Assembly: GCA_965213575.1 (NCBI GenBank) | Contig: CBDBZN010000018.1 | Coordinates: 16,598 to 80,597, forward strand | DNA from: Chitinophagales bacterium | Lineage (GTDB): Bacteria > Bacteroidota > Bacteroidia > Chitinophagales > JAUHXS01 | Direction of reading: 5' to 3' | DNA length: 64,000 nucleotides | Part shown: positions 1 through 10,684 of the stretch, piece after piece | How the letters are laid out: each line of letters begins with the position of its first letter | How positions within the stretch are numbered: the first letter of the stretch is position 1 | Program-made: the position numbers and the translations under genes | Notes under the pieces: generated by a model | What the model was told of the DNA's origin: nothing | The model's input: the letters and a program-made list of their open reading frames with translations, nothing else | Databases searched by the model: none

Positions 1-8
1 GACAAGAG

Positions 9-407
9 ATGTACGCAAGGATTGGAAAATTTAATCTTTGGTATTTACTCAAAAATTGGTTTATAACGATTCTCGGAAAGTACTACTTTAAGTATTTTAA
101 AAGTGGTAAAGAATATGTACAGAAAGTGAGTCAGCAATCTAATACATTGATGATGGATGGAATGATTAACACCATTATAGCCGGAACCCAAGAAAAAATC
201 GACAGATTAACTAACTTTTTAAATGAACTTGAAGTTCAAAACAAAATTATTTATGGAATTCATGTTACCCATGGCTCCATTATGTCTTGTTATGTAGAGG
301 ATAGGAAAACCGAGCATATTCATTTTGTGGATGGTACCAATGGTGGTTATACAGAAGCTGCAAAGATGTTTAAACCTAAAGTAAAAATCGCTAATTTGCA
401 AAAGTAA
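9..407 (+). CDS. hypothetical protein (may continue beyond the left window edge)
   Basis: 132-aa ORF from the track. The frame stays open to position 3. No motif I can name. Confidence 0.35.
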   Translation: MYARIGKFNLWYLLKNWFITILGKYYFKYFKSGKEYVQKVSQQSNTLMMDGMINTIIAGTQEKIDRLTNFLNELEVQNKIIYGIHVTHGSIMSCYVEDRKTEHIHFVDGTNGGYTEAAKMFKPKVKIANLQK

Positions 408-417
408 TAAGCAGATA

Positions 418-1233
418 TTGAGTATTAGCAAACAGATTTTCTTCCACGTTGGAACCGGCAAAACAGGGACCACTTTCCTACAATATCGTGTCTTCCCTAA
501 GTTAAAAGGTATCAATTACATTCAAAGAACCCGGTATAAGCAAGCGAAAAAGATCATAAACAACACTACTTATAATAAATACTTAATCTCTAGGGAGTTT
601 GATCAGCAACTGGAACATGAGGTGAAACTTTTCGCACAAGATTTTCCTAATACTGTTCCTATAATTGTTTTTAGACGGCACGACAGTTATATAGCTTCTC
701 AATACCGGCGCTTTGTAAAAAATGGGTTTAAGGGTACTTTTAAAGATTTTTTTGATTTAGATAATGATGCAGGATTTTTTAAAAAATCTGACCTAAATTA
801 TATGCAGCACATTAATATCCTTAAAAAATATTTTACCTCCTCTCCTATTGTATTATTTTATCAAGATTTAATGAGTGATCCGCATGGCTTTATTCATCAA
901 ATAGAACGGTTATTAGATGTAACAATTGACCATAACAGCTTAAATCTCCAAAAAAAGCATACTTCCTATAGTGAACAGCAATTGAAAACTATCCAAAAAG
1001 CAGGAAAATATATCAATTTAGAAAAGAGAAAGATTTTCCACAATTTCGTAGGCCATCTTCTATGGCGTATTTATTTAAATTCTATCCGATACAGTATGCT
1101 GTACCTCGGCAAAGCCTTACCTGCTAGTTTTTTTGACAATAAACCGCTCATTTCGGCACAAGAGTTGCAAGCTGTTAAGGAATACTATGAAATTGATTGG
1201 AAAAATTGCCTTTCATATTCACAAAAGAAATGA
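418..1233 (+). CDS. sulfotransferase-family protein (putative)
   Basis: TTG start. N-terminal P-loop-like HVGTGKTGTTFLQ resembles the 5'-PSB loop, and RRHDSYIASQYRR resembles the 3'-PB motif of PAPS sulfotransferases. Confidence 0.5.
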   Translation: MSISKQIFFHVGTGKTGTTFLQYRVFPKLKGINYIQRTRYKQAKKIINNTTYNKYLISREFDQQLEHEVKLFAQDFPNTVPIIVFRRHDSYIASQYRRFVKNGFKGTFKDFFDLDNDAGFFKKSDLNYMQHINILKKYFTSSPIVLFYQDLMSDPHGFIHQIERLLDVTIDHNSLNLQKKHTSYSEQQLKTIQKAGKYINLEKRKIFHNFVGHLLWRIYLNSIRYSMLYLGKALPASFFDNKPLISAQELQAVKEYYEIDWKNCLSYSQKK

Positions 1234-1281
1234 ATCTATTAATTAAATAGGTTGAATTATTAATTATAAATTATAAATTTT

Positions 1282-1857
1282 ATGTCAATCCCGGTAATAT
1301 ATGGATCAGTTAGAGAAAAAAGACAAGGTATTAAAGCAGCAAAATACATAACTAAGCAGCTTAAAAAAAGAGGGATGAATCCTATTTTGATAGATCCTAT
1401 AGAATATGACTTGCCACTTTTAAAGAAAAAATACTCAGAATATGAAGAAGGGGAAGCTCCTGAAATCATAGAAAAACTCGGTAAAATAATGAAAGAAGCA
1501 GAGGGCTTCGTTATAGTAACCGGCGAATATAATCATAGCATTCCCCCGGCTTTAAAAAATATCTTAGATCACTATCTTGAAGAATATTTTTTTAAGCCCG
1601 TTGGCATAGTCTGTTATTCCGCAGGTGCATTTGGCGGCGTAAGGGCTGCTGTTCATCTGAGAGTAATCGTAAGTGAGTTAGGCATGGTATCGATTTCTAC
1701 TAAATTACCTATTCCAAAAGTACAAGATGCATTTGATGAAGAAGGCAATGCTAAAGACAATTCTCACGATAAAAAAACTAAAAAATTCCTTGATGAATTT
1801 GAATGGTATCTGGAAGCGCTTAATAACCAAAAGAATAATAAAGGTAAACCATTTTAA
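1282..1857 (+). CDS. NAD(P)H-dependent FMN reductase family protein
   Basis: 191 aa. Flavodoxin-like pattern SIPVIYGSVREKRQG ... VTGEYNHSIPPALKNILDH is typical of the FMN_red family. Confidence 0.7.
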   Translation: MSIPVIYGSVREKRQGIKAAKYITKQLKKRGMNPILIDPIEYDLPLLKKKYSEYEEGEAPEIIEKLGKIMKEAEGFVIVTGEYNHSIPPALKNILDHYLEEYFFKPVGIVCYSAGAFGGVRAAVHLRVIVSELGMVSISTKLPIPKVQDAFDEEGNAKDNSHDKKTKKFLDEFEWYLEALNNQKNNKGKPF

Positions 1858-2846
1858 AAAGCAGGGTGCTCCGGTTTATTATCTAATATTCCTTCAATTT
1901 TTTCCATAATATCCTCTGTAAGTTCTTCTAAAAGATCCATGCTCTTTAAGTTCTCCTTCAACTGGCTGGTTTTAGATGCCCCTAGTATAACTGTGCTGAC
2001 ATCATCATTTTTTAAGCACCACGCCAATGCTAATATTGGCATTTCAGTACCCATTTCTTTAGCCAATTTTGTAAGTTTCTTAACTTTCCCAATTTTCTCT
2101 TCTACTAATGCTTCATCTTTCAACCAAGACAGCTTTTCATCGCCCAACCGTGTTCCTTTGGGGATGCCGTCATTGTATTTTCCTGTTAATAAGCCTGATG
2201 CTAAAGGAGACCACACCGTAGTACCCAATCCTACTGTTTTATATATTTGGGCAAATTCTACTTCTACTTTTTCTCTATGAAACATATTGTATTGAGGCTG
2301 CTCCACTATAGGCCCTATCAAATTATATTGCCTGGCAACCATATGCGCTTCCATAATCTCTTGGGCACTCCATTCTGATGTACCCCAGTATAAAATTTTA
2401 CCTTGTACAATCAAATTATGCATAGACCATACCACTTCTTCGATAGGTACATTTTTATCTGCACGATGACAATAAAACAAATCTAAATAGTCAAGTTTAA
2501 ATCTCTTCAAAGCACCTTCGCATGCTTCTACTAAGTGCTTTCTATGCAACCCTTTTTGAGTAGGCTTTGAGTCTTCCAAGCCTTTCAACCCCCAAAAAGT
2601 CTTACTCGACACGATATAAGAATCCCTGCTCCAGCCTTTCTTTTTCAAAACATCTCCCATTACCTCTTCAGATTCACCGCCCGCATATGCCTCCGCATTA
2701 TCAAAAAAGTTGATGCCGTTATCATAGGCGATAGTCATTAACTTCTCTGCAACATCATTTTCGATTTGTCTGCCAAAAGTCAGCCATGACCCTAGCGACA
2801 ATCGACTTACCTGCAAACCTGCTTTTCCTAATCTTTTATATTCCAT
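1854..2846 (-). CDS. aldo/keto reductase (Kv-beta-like subfamily)
   Basis: 330 aa. MEYKRLGKAGLQVSRLSLGSWLTFG, DNAEAYAGGESE, LDYLDLFYCHRAD and WSPLASGLLTGKY are classic AKR signatures. Converges with the FMN reductase gene with a 4-nt overlap. Confidence 0.9.
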   Translation of the reverse strand: MEYKRLGKAGLQVSRLSLGSWLTFGRQIENDVAEKLMTIAYDNGINFFDNAEAYAGGESEEVMGDVLKKKGWSRDSYIVSSKTFWGLKGLEDSKPTQKGLHRKHLVEACEGALKRFKLDYLDLFYCHRADKNVPIEEVVWSMHNLIVQGKILYWGTSEWSAQEIMEAHMVARQYNLIGPIVEQPQYNMFHREKVEVEFAQIYKTVGLGTTVWSPLASGLLTGKYNDGIPKGTRLGDEKLSWLKDEALVEEKIGKVKKLTKLAKEMGTEMPILALAWCLKNDDVSTVILGASKTSQLKENLKSMDLLEELTEDIMEKIEGILDNKPEHPAF

Positions 2847-3117
2847 AGTATTGTTATGATAAGAATCTTTTAAAAGCCTTTATTATGTTCACAAAATAAC
2901 GATTACTTGTTAAAAGCATAAGAGATAAGGTCATTTTTAGCTGTATATTCTGTTAATATTTATAAACTAAATGTAAACTATATATTGTATAAGTCTAGAA
3001 AATTAAATATATACAATTCTTTGTAAGAGATTTTTTATTTTGATGTTTTTTTCGTTTTTTTGTTGCCAAATACTCCGACTAATTGTATCTCTAATACTAT
3101 CATAAGTATTCATAATA

Positions 3118-4239
3118 ATGAAAAACGCAGCAAATGTATTAGAAAAAAATAAAGCAGCAATCTTAGATGATTGGAGTAACAGAGTAAAAAAAAGTATCGA
3201 AGCTTCTACCGGAGTTAGTGACGTAACCTTACGGGATCACCTACCTAACATGCTCAATGACATTATTGGTATATTCTCTAGACATGATGGCAAAGAGCAT
3301 AAAATAGAAAAATACGAGGAGATCATTGAAAATAGTAATGATCACGGTAGAATGAGAGCAACAACTTCCAATTATACGGTAGATCAAATCATCCATGAGT
3401 ACATTATTTTTCATAGAGTGGTTACCGAAACATTGGAAAAAGAAAATGCTTATACTTATGAAGTAGCTACTTTATTGAAATATATTGTTGAAACTGCCAT
3501 GCTACGATCTACCCGTACATTCACAGCGTCTATGGAAAACACACAAGAGAAACTCATGGGCACCTTAGCACATGATATACGCAACCCTCTTTCGGTAGCA
3601 TTATCTTCTATAGAACACATAAATAAAGATCAAGATACCGAAGCTTTTAAAAAAACTAAGTCTTTAGCTATGAGGAGCATTCAAAAGGCAATAAACCTTA
3701 CTGAAGGGCTGTTAGATACGATTACCCTAAAAGCCGGAGAAGGCATTATGCTTACTTTTTCAGAAGGAGATTATTTAGAAGAAATTAATTGGGTCTTTAA
3801 AGAAGCTTGTGAAGTTTATACCCAGCGGCTCAAATTAATATGTCCGGATGAAAAGATTGAAGGAGTGTTCGATGGGATGGCTCTTCGGCGGCTGCTTGAA
3901 AATTTAGTAACCAATGCCATTAAATATGGAAACCCTACAAAAGAAATCACTATCACTGTTAAGGATTTAGATGAAAATGTATGTTTACAGGTTCATAATT
4001 ATGGAAATGCCATACCTATTGAAAAACAAAAATCTATTTTTGAATTTTTAGATCATGGCCATGACAATTCTACAAGCTTACAAAGCTGGGGAATGGGCCT
4101 TACATTAGTAAAAATTATAGCAGAAGCTCATAATGGAAAGGTAGAATTAGAAAGCTCAGAAAACAAAGGCACTACTTTTACAATTATTTTAAAAAAACAT
4201 GCTAATAAGACCGGAAAGGTTCGAACCCGGATTTATTGA
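3118..4239 (+). CDS. cytoplasmic sensor histidine kinase
   Basis: H-box LAHDIRNPLS, N-box ENLVTNAIKYG, G-boxes HNYGNAIP and WGMGLTLVK. No transmembrane segment visible. Confidence 0.85.
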   Translation: MKNAANVLEKNKAAILDDWSNRVKKSIEASTGVSDVTLRDHLPNMLNDIIGIFSRHDGKEHKIEKYEEIIENSNDHGRMRATTSNYTVDQIIHEYIIFHRVVTETLEKENAYTYEVATLLKYIVETAMLRSTRTFTASMENTQEKLMGTLAHDIRNPLSVALSSIEHINKDQDTEAFKKTKSLAMRSIQKAINLTEGLLDTITLKAGEGIMLTFSEGDYLEEINWVFKEACEVYTQRLKLICPDEKIEGVFDGMALRRLLENLVTNAIKYGNPTKEITITVKDLDENVCLQVHNYGNAIPIEKQKSIFEFLDHGHDNSTSLQSWGMGLTLVKIIAEAHNGKVELESSENKGTTFTIILKKHANKTGKVRTRIY

Positions 4240-4411
4240 TTTACCAAAGGCCCTTTTACAGAGCTCTTTGAAGTGTTGACTTTCTACTTAATACACGCAT
4301 CATCTCTTAATAACACTTTGTTAAGTCAGCCTTAACAATTAGTTAACATTACATTCCTTTCTTTGCATCAGGATTTGACTAATTTTAAACTATATATAAA
4401 TAACTAAAAAA

Positions 4412-5704
4412 ATGAAAAAGAGAAATATATTATTCGTTTTTGCAATTGCAGCAACGACAATGTTTTACTCCTGTTCTAAAGAAAAAGGATGCACAGATGC
4501 TACTGCTACGAATTTTGATAATGATGCAGAAGAAGATGACGGATCTTGTGTATATCCTGACAACAATTCCGGCAACCAAAAAGTTGAAAATAACATTACT
4601 TCAAACACTACTTGGAGTTCAGATGTTGTATACCAACTAAGTGGAAGAATTGTAGTAGAAAGTGGTGCTACTTTAACTATCGAACCGGGTACTATTATCA
4701 AAGCAGAAGGTGGCAAGGAGGCTAGTGCTTCTGTATTAATTATTGCCAGAGGCGGAAAAATCATGGCTGAAGGAACAGCTGCCAGCCCTATTATTTTCAC
4801 ATCTATATTAGACGAAATTGAACCGGGTGAAATATCCAGCCCTAATTTAGATGAATCTTTTAATGGATTATGGGGTGGCCTTATCGTTCTTGGTAATGCA
4901 ACTATTTCAGCTGATGCTTCTGAAGTGCAAATTGAAGGAATTCCCGTAACGGATGCAAATGGATTATACGGTGGATCTAATGACGCTGATAACTCAGGGA
5001 TTATTTCTTATGTGTCTATCAGACATGGAGGAACATTATTAGGCGAAGGCAATGAAATAAATGGACTTACCCTAGGTGGTGTTGGTTCAGGTACTACCAT
5101 TAATCATGTGGAAGTTGTTGGTAATTTAGATGATGGTATTGAGTTTTTTGGTGGAACAGTGAATGCTTCTAACTTATTAGTATGGTCACAAGGTGATGAT
5201 GCTATCGACATTGATCAAGGCTATAGCGGCACTATTAATAACGTTATCACAATAGGTAGTTCAAATTCTGATCATGCATTAGAAATTGATGGCCCGGAAG
5301 GTTCTTCTACTGGTAGCTTCACACTTACAAACGGTACTTTTATTGGATATAATGAAGACGGAGAATGTGGAGATGGCGGTGAATATGCTGACTTTAGAGA
5401 CGGTGCTAGAGGTAGTTTATCTAATTTATATTTTAAAAACTTCTGCGAAGATGCAGATTTTGAATTAGATGATGATGTTACTCATAACAATGCTGTAGCA
5501 GGAGATTTATCTTTTGCTGACATACAGGTTAATGTAAGCCACTTAACAGCAGGTAATATGACTATTGATGCTATATTCCAAGATAAATCAGCAATAGGTG
5601 GGTTTACAAACTTTAATGCTACTATTGTTACGACAGCAACAGTAGGGGCAAATGATTCTGAGTTTTCTTCATGGACATGGGCTTCTAAAAAAGGTGCATT
5701 TTAG
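4412..5704 (+). CDS. surface lipoprotein, probable partner of the downstream TonB-dependent receptor
   Basis: Lipoprotein leader MKKRNILFVFAIAATTMFYSC. Gly/Asp-rich repetitive body. Lies 97 nt upstream of the receptor gene on the same strand. Confidence 0.55.
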   Translation: MKKRNILFVFAIAATTMFYSCSKEKGCTDATATNFDNDAEEDDGSCVYPDNNSGNQKVENNITSNTTWSSDVVYQLSGRIVVESGATLTIEPGTIIKAEGGKEASASVLIIARGGKIMAEGTAASPIIFTSILDEIEPGEISSPNLDESFNGLWGGLIVLGNATISADASEVQIEGIPVTDANGLYGGSNDADNSGIISYVSIRHGGTLLGEGNEINGLTLGGVGSGTTINHVEVVGNLDDGIEFFGGTVNASNLLVWSQGDDAIDIDQGYSGTINNVITIGSSNSDHALEIDGPEGSSTGSFTLTNGTFIGYNEDGECGDGGEYADFRDGARGSLSNLYFKNFCEDADFELDDDVTHNNAVAGDLSFADIQVNVSHLTAGNMTIDAIFQDKSAIGGFTNFNATIVTTATVGANDSEFSSWTWASKKGAF

Positions 5705-5801
5705 TTTGAGCATAAAACAAAATATATAATACTACATGTCGCAGCTAGAAATAGCTGTGACATGTTTTTTGGGTTATTAAATAAAGAGTTTAAAAAAAAT
5801 A

Positions 5802-8684
5802 TTGATCATGTTTAGCAAAAAGTTATTAATTGTTACATTTTTTATAACAATTTCAATTTCATTGTTTGCCGATACAGGTAAAGTGCGCGGTAAATTGATT
5901 GATGATGGAACAGGTGAACCAATACCTTTTGCTAATGTTTCTTTATTACAAAACGGCACGCCAAAAGGCGGAGTTGCTAGTGATTTTGATGGTAATTATA
6001 CAATTGAAGCTGAGCCGGGTACTTATGACTTGCTAGTCAGTTATGTTTCTTATGCTAATAAAAAAGTTACTGGCATATCTGTCAAGCCAAATGATATTAC
6101 TTTGGTTGATATCCGTATGGAAGGTACAGATATGCAGTTGGATGAAGTAGTGGTATCAGTGAATCAAGCGAGAAATACAGAAAATGCATTACTCACTATT
6201 CAAAAAAAATCTGTCAATATTCTAGATGGCGTTTCAGCCCAATCATTTAAAAAAGTAGGTGACGGAAGTGCTGCCCAGGCTATCAAAAGAGTGCCCGGCG
6301 TATCTATACAAGGTGGCAAATATGTTTTTGTAAGGGGATTAGGTGATCGATATACCAAAACACAATTAAACGGCCTAGACGTGCCCGGCTTAGATCCGGA
6401 TCGGAATGCCCTTCAAATGGATATTTTCCCTACTAATATCATCGATAATATTATTGTACTAAAAAGTTTTACCGCAGAACTACCTGCTGATTTTACAGGT
6501 GGTATCGTAAATATTGAAACAAAAGAATTTCCTGAAGAACCTACACTAGATGTTTCTGTTGGCATCGGATATACACCTGGAATGAATTTAAACAGTAATT
6601 ACTTAACTCAAAATAAAAGTAATACAGATTTTCTGGGAATGGATAATGGCTATAGAGATGAGCCATTAAATATGAGTGAAAGCAATCCTAACCCAACCGG
6701 CAAAGTACCGGCACCGCTTGAAAGTCAAAATTCTACAGCAAAGACACAAGCTTTTAATGACGAATTAGCCGCTCAACAAGGTCAAAGCCCACTAAATTAC
6801 AGCCTCAGTGTTGCCGGTGGCAACCAAGTAAATAAAGGAGAAAAAACTTTGGGCTATACAGGTGCTGTATCATATAAAAACAATACTGATTTTTATCAAA
6901 ACAGAGAACAAAATTTTTATCGTAAACAAGCTTCTGACCCTGCTGTTTATGAATTAAGAGATGAAGTATTGCAGCAAGGAGACTTAGGCGTTAACAATGT
7001 TTTCTTAAGCGGATTATTTGGTGGAGCGATGAAAGGAAAGTATTCTAAACATTCTATCACATTAATGCATTTACAAAATGGTGAGCGCCGATCAGGGATA
7101 TATAATGAACAAAATCTAATCAGCAGTAACAACGAATCTAAGAGAGATAATCTGGAATATACAGAGCGATCTATCAGCAACGTATTGGTTTCAGGTAAAT
7201 ATCGAAACGTTGATGATAATTGGAAATATGAATGGAAAATTTCGCCAACTATTTCAAAGATTCAAGATAAAGATATCAGAAGTACTGCTTACTTAATAAA
7301 TCAAGATGACAGTTCTTTTTCTATTGATCCTAGTGAAGTAGCTTTTCCAAGCAGAATATGGAGAAATTTGAATGAGATCAACTTAGCCGGCAAATTTGAT
7401 GTTAGCAATAAGCATCAGTTGAATGGCCATAATGCTGTTGCGAAATTTGGAATAGCTTATACTTATAAGGCCAGAAACTATGAAATTCTAAATTATGAAC
7501 TTCAAACAAAAGGTAATTTAGATTATACTGGCAATCCTGATGAGCTCTTGTCTGATGATTTTATATGGACAGACGAAAAAGGAGAAGGCACCTTCATATT
7601 CGGAAATTACCAAAGAAGCAATACTTATGAAGGAACTCAAACAACTCTAGCTGCTTATGCTTCCGAGGAATTTAAAATTACCAAAAAATTAAAAGGTGTA
7701 GCGGGGCTAAGGCTTGAAAAATATGATCAATATTATACCGGCCAAAACCAGATAGCTAATACCAACCCTAATAATGAGAATGCCAGAATTTTTAACAACG
7801 ACAAAATTTTAGACCTATTAAACCTCTTCCCTACTATAAGTTTCATCTATGAAACGGATGAAAATTCTAATTTAAGATTGGGTTACTTTAGGACTACTGC
7901 AAGGCCTTCTTTTAAAGAAAAGTCTACCGCAGAAATCGTTGACCCTCTTTCCGGGCTTACTTTCATAGGTAATATTGATTTGGTACAAACAAATATTAAT
8001 AACTATGATGTACGGTATGAGTATTATTTTAGAAAAAGTCAGACAATAGCATTAAGCGGTTTTTATAAAACTTTTGAAAACCCTATTGAATTAACCTCTT
8101 TTCAGCAGGCTCCCAACAGTTTCCAACCTAGAAATGTAGGAGATGCACGCGTAATGGGAATAGAGTTTGAAAGTAAAGTGAATCTTGATATCTTATCAAA
8201 CAGATTAACCAACTTTAATTTTAAAAGTAATATATCATTCATCAACTCCAGGGTAAGATTTGATACTTCAGCAAATGGAACATTACAAGGAAAAAAGAAT
8301 GGGTTACGTGCCGGAGAAGAATTGGGAGAATTTAGAGACATGCAAGGGCAAGCTCCTTATATTGTAAATGTAGGATTAGCATATTCAAATAAAGAAAAAG
8401 AACTTGAAGTAGGCTTATACTATAATGTGCAAGGCCCTAAATTAGTTATTGTTGGTATTAACTTGTCACCGGATATATATTCTGTTCCTTTTCATAGTTT
8501 AAACTTTAATTTCTTAAAGAAATTTGGTGCAGATAATTCTTATCAGCTAAGTTTTGGAGTCAGCAATATTCTTAATGACTTAGCAGAAGAAGTTACCAGA
8601 TCTTATAATGCTACAGATAAAATATTCTCAAGATATAATCCCGGCAGAACATTTAGCATAGGGCTAAGTAAGGCATTTAAATAG
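5802..8684 (+). CDS. TonB-dependent receptor with N-terminal carboxypeptidase-regulatory-like domain
   Basis: 960 aa. Signal peptide, CarboxypepD_reg pattern GKVRGKLIDDGTGEPIPFANVSLL ... DGNYTIE, plug region (VPGVSIQGGKYVFVRGLGDRYT), and beta-barrel ending in an aromatic-rich tail ...SIGLSKAFK. Confidence 0.85.
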   Translation: MIMFSKKLLIVTFFITISISLFADTGKVRGKLIDDGTGEPIPFANVSLLQNGTPKGGVASDFDGNYTIEAEPGTYDLLVSYVSYANKKVTGISVKPNDITLVDIRMEGTDMQLDEVVVSVNQARNTENALLTIQKKSVNILDGVSAQSFKKVGDGSAAQAIKRVPGVSIQGGKYVFVRGLGDRYTKTQLNGLDVPGLDPDRNALQMDIFPTNIIDNIIVLKSFTAELPADFTGGIVNIETKEFPEEPTLDVSVGIGYTPGMNLNSNYLTQNKSNTDFLGMDNGYRDEPLNMSESNPNPTGKVPAPLESQNSTAKTQAFNDELAAQQGQSPLNYSLSVAGGNQVNKGEKTLGYTGAVSYKNNTDFYQNREQNFYRKQASDPAVYELRDEVLQQGDLGVNNVFLSGLFGGAMKGKYSKHSITLMHLQNGERRSGIYNEQNLISSNNESKRDNLEYTERSISNVLVSGKYRNVDDNWKYEWKISPTISKIQDKDIRSTAYLINQDDSSFSIDPSEVAFPSRIWRNLNEINLAGKFDVSNKHQLNGHNAVAKFGIAYTYKARNYEILNYELQTKGNLDYTGNPDELLSDDFIWTDEKGEGTFIFGNYQRSNTYEGTQTTLAAYASEEFKITKKLKGVAGLRLEKYDQYYTGQNQIANTNPNNENARIFNNDKILDLLNLFPTISFIYETDENSNLRLGYFRTTARPSFKEKSTAEIVDPLSGLTFIGNIDLVQTNINNYDVRYEYYFRKSQTIALSGFYKTFENPIELTSFQQAPNSFQPRNVGDARVMGIEFESKVNLDILSNRLTNFNFKSNISFINSRVRFDTSANGTLQGKKNGLRAGEELGEFRDMQGQAPYIVNVGLAYSNKEKELEVGLYYNVQGPKLVIVGINLSPDIYSVPFHSLNFNFLKKFGADNSYQLSFGVSNILNDLAEEVTRSYNATDKIFSRYNPGRTFSIGLSKAFK

Positions 8685-8704
8685 TTTCTGTTAGTTTTAG
8701 TTAT

Positions 8705-8739
8705 GGGTTTATTCGCTAAAAGCGAGTAAACCCTTTTTT
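8705..8739 (+). terminator. rho-independent terminator after the TonB receptor gene
   Basis: GGGTTTATTCGCT-AAA-AGCGAGTAAACCC hairpin followed by TTTTTT. Confidence 0.6.
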
Positions 8740-8836
8740 AATACATACAGTGAGCGAGTAACTTTTTGATTAACACGAAACCTAAGTCATTTGCGTAAAA
8801 CAGAGCAGTTAGCAGTCACCCGCTCACTTAAACAAC

Positions 8837-9781
8837 TCAAAACCAACGCTTTCTTTGAAAAAACCATGATAATCCTGCTGCCAGAGATAAAGAAATAATT
8901 AACATTAATAAAAAAGCGTGGTCATTTTTTTGAAAAGGTAAGTCGACATTCATTCCATAAAAACTAGCAAGGAGCGTAGGTACCATTAAAACAATAGTCA
9001 CTGAAGTCAATCGTTTCATCACTGAGTTCATGTTATTAGAAATAATAGATGAAAAAGCATCCATTGTATTAGCAGCAAATTTGGTATAAATATTTGCCAT
9101 CTCTAGCGCCTGACTGGTATCAACGATCATGTCATCCAAGATATCTGTTTGCTCTTCGGTAAGGTCTAAGAATCTTTTAGTTCGTTGCATCTTTATCATC
9201 ATTAATTCATTAGATCTAAGTGCCGTGACAAAGTAAACTAAACTCTTCTCAAAATTTAACAACTGGTTGAGTTCCTGATTACGCATAGAGGTATACAGCT
9301 CCTTTTCATAAGCATTTTGCCTACTGCTGATTTCTTTTAAATACTGTAAAAAATAATGTACGTTCCGATCAAAGATTTTAAGGACAAACCTATTTTTATC
9401 TGAAGTATCAAATTCACGCAAGCTGACTTTATGAAAGTGTTTGAGAATTTGATTTTTATAGGCACTAACGGTAATGAAAACATCTCGCGTCATGATGATA
9501 CCAATCGGGACCGTCAAAAATGGAATGATATTCTTGCCCTCTTCTTTATTTGGTACAGGTGTTTTAATTACGATCAAACGCACACCATCCTCCTCTTCGA
9601 ACCGTGAACGCTCATCTATATCGATAGAATCGGTCAAATAATCATAGGGAATATCAACAGATTCAGAGAGTTCTTTTAGCCTGCTATAATCAAAAGGAGG
9701 ATAAATATTAATCCAACAGCCTTTTTCTAAGCTATCCAGCTCTTTTAATTTATCTTCTTCTGTTTTATAATATTTAATCAT
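8837..9781 (-). CDS. corA: CorA-family magnesium/cobalt transporter
   Basis: 314 aa. Two C-terminal TM helices flank the signature YGMNV (FYGMNVDLPF). Confidence 0.85.
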   Translation of the reverse strand: MIKYYKTEEDKLKELDSLEKGCWINIYPPFDYSRLKELSESVDIPYDYLTDSIDIDERSRFEEEDGVRLIVIKTPVPNKEEGKNIIPFLTVPIGIIMTRDVFITVSAYKNQILKHFHKVSLREFDTSDKNRFVLKIFDRNVHYFLQYLKEISSRQNAYEKELYTSMRNQELNQLLNFEKSLVYFVTALRSNELMMIKMQRTKRFLDLTEEQTDILDDMIVDTSQALEMANIYTKFAANTMDAFSSIISNNMNSVMKRLTSVTIVLMVPTLLASFYGMNVDLPFQKNDHAFLLMLIISLSLAAGLSWFFQRKRWF

Positions 9782-9983
9782 AGCTTTCGCTATAAAGGTA
9801 TGATTAAAAATTTTGAATGCTGAATTTTAAATTACAGAGATAAATTACGATTTTAGAATTACAATATACGATTGGGGATTGTAATGGATTTTGAATGATA
9901 GATTTTGCTACAAGCTACCAGCTAAATGTATAAACTATTAAGTCTTAATACTCAAATCAAAAATCGTAACTCTTAAATCTAAA

Positions 9984-10676
9984 CTAGTTACTCATCGCCT
10001 CGTACATAGCAATATACTTATCGGCTTCTTTTGCTTCTGTAGAATTTGGGTATTCTTTTTTAATTTTTCTGTATGTCTCGGCAGCGTCTTTATAATTTTT
10101 TTTCAATTCCAGAGTCAATGCTAACTTTTTCATAATCATCGGCGATAATAAATTATTATCAATATGATCAACAGCCTTTTCATAATATTTTTGTGCTTTA
10201 TCTATGTCATCCATTTCCATATATGCATCGCCTATTCCTGATAAAGCCAAGGTACTGATCACAATATCATCCGAATCAAATTCTTTTAAATACTCAATAG
10301 CAGATTCATAGTTACCTAAGTTCAGGTAGGATATTCCCGCATAATAATTGGCCAGGTTACCTGCCTTGACCGCTCCATATTCGTCAGCAATATCTATAAA
10401 GCCTAGATAACTTCCATCGCCATTTAACGCTAAATTAAATGAATCTTGTTCAAAGTATTGCTGAGCTCTAAAGATTTGAGCTTGGCCTTCTTCTTCCATT
10501 GGCGCTAGATACAGATTATAATATGCCCAAATACCTCCAACAATGATGATGACACCAAACAATAACCCATTGATGATTGAACCATTTTCTTTATAGAAAA
10601 TCTCTATTTTCTGTAAAGTTTCATTTTGTGCATGTAATTGCTCTTCTTTTCTAATTGGATTATTTTCTTGTGTCAT
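9984..10676 (-). CDS. membrane-anchored tetratricopeptide-repeat protein
   Basis: One N-terminal TM helix, then TPR-like repeats (AGISYLNLGNYESAIEYLK, GDAYMEMDDIDKAQKYYEKA, KNYKDAAETYRKIKKEYP). Confidence 0.65.
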   Translation of the reverse strand: MTQENNPIRKEEQLHAQNETLQKIEIFYKENGSIINGLLFGVIIIVGGIWAYYNLYLAPMEEEGQAQIFRAQQYFEQDSFNLALNGDGSYLGFIDIADEYGAVKAGNLANYYAGISYLNLGNYESAIEYLKEFDSDDIVISTLALSGIGDAYMEMDDIDKAQKYYEKAVDHIDNNLLSPMIMKKLALTLELKKNYKDAAETYRKIKKEYPNSTEAKEADKYIAMYEAMSN

Positions 10677-10684
10677 TATATTTT

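Noticed and set aside
9782-9983. AT-rich intergenic region with repeated words (GATTTTGAATG, ATTACAAT/ATTGTAAT)
   Set aside because: The repeats are short, irregular and low-complexity with no constant repeat-spacer periodicity, so this is not a CRISPR array or a recognisable RNA. It probably holds the terminator and promoter signals between the TPR gene and corA.
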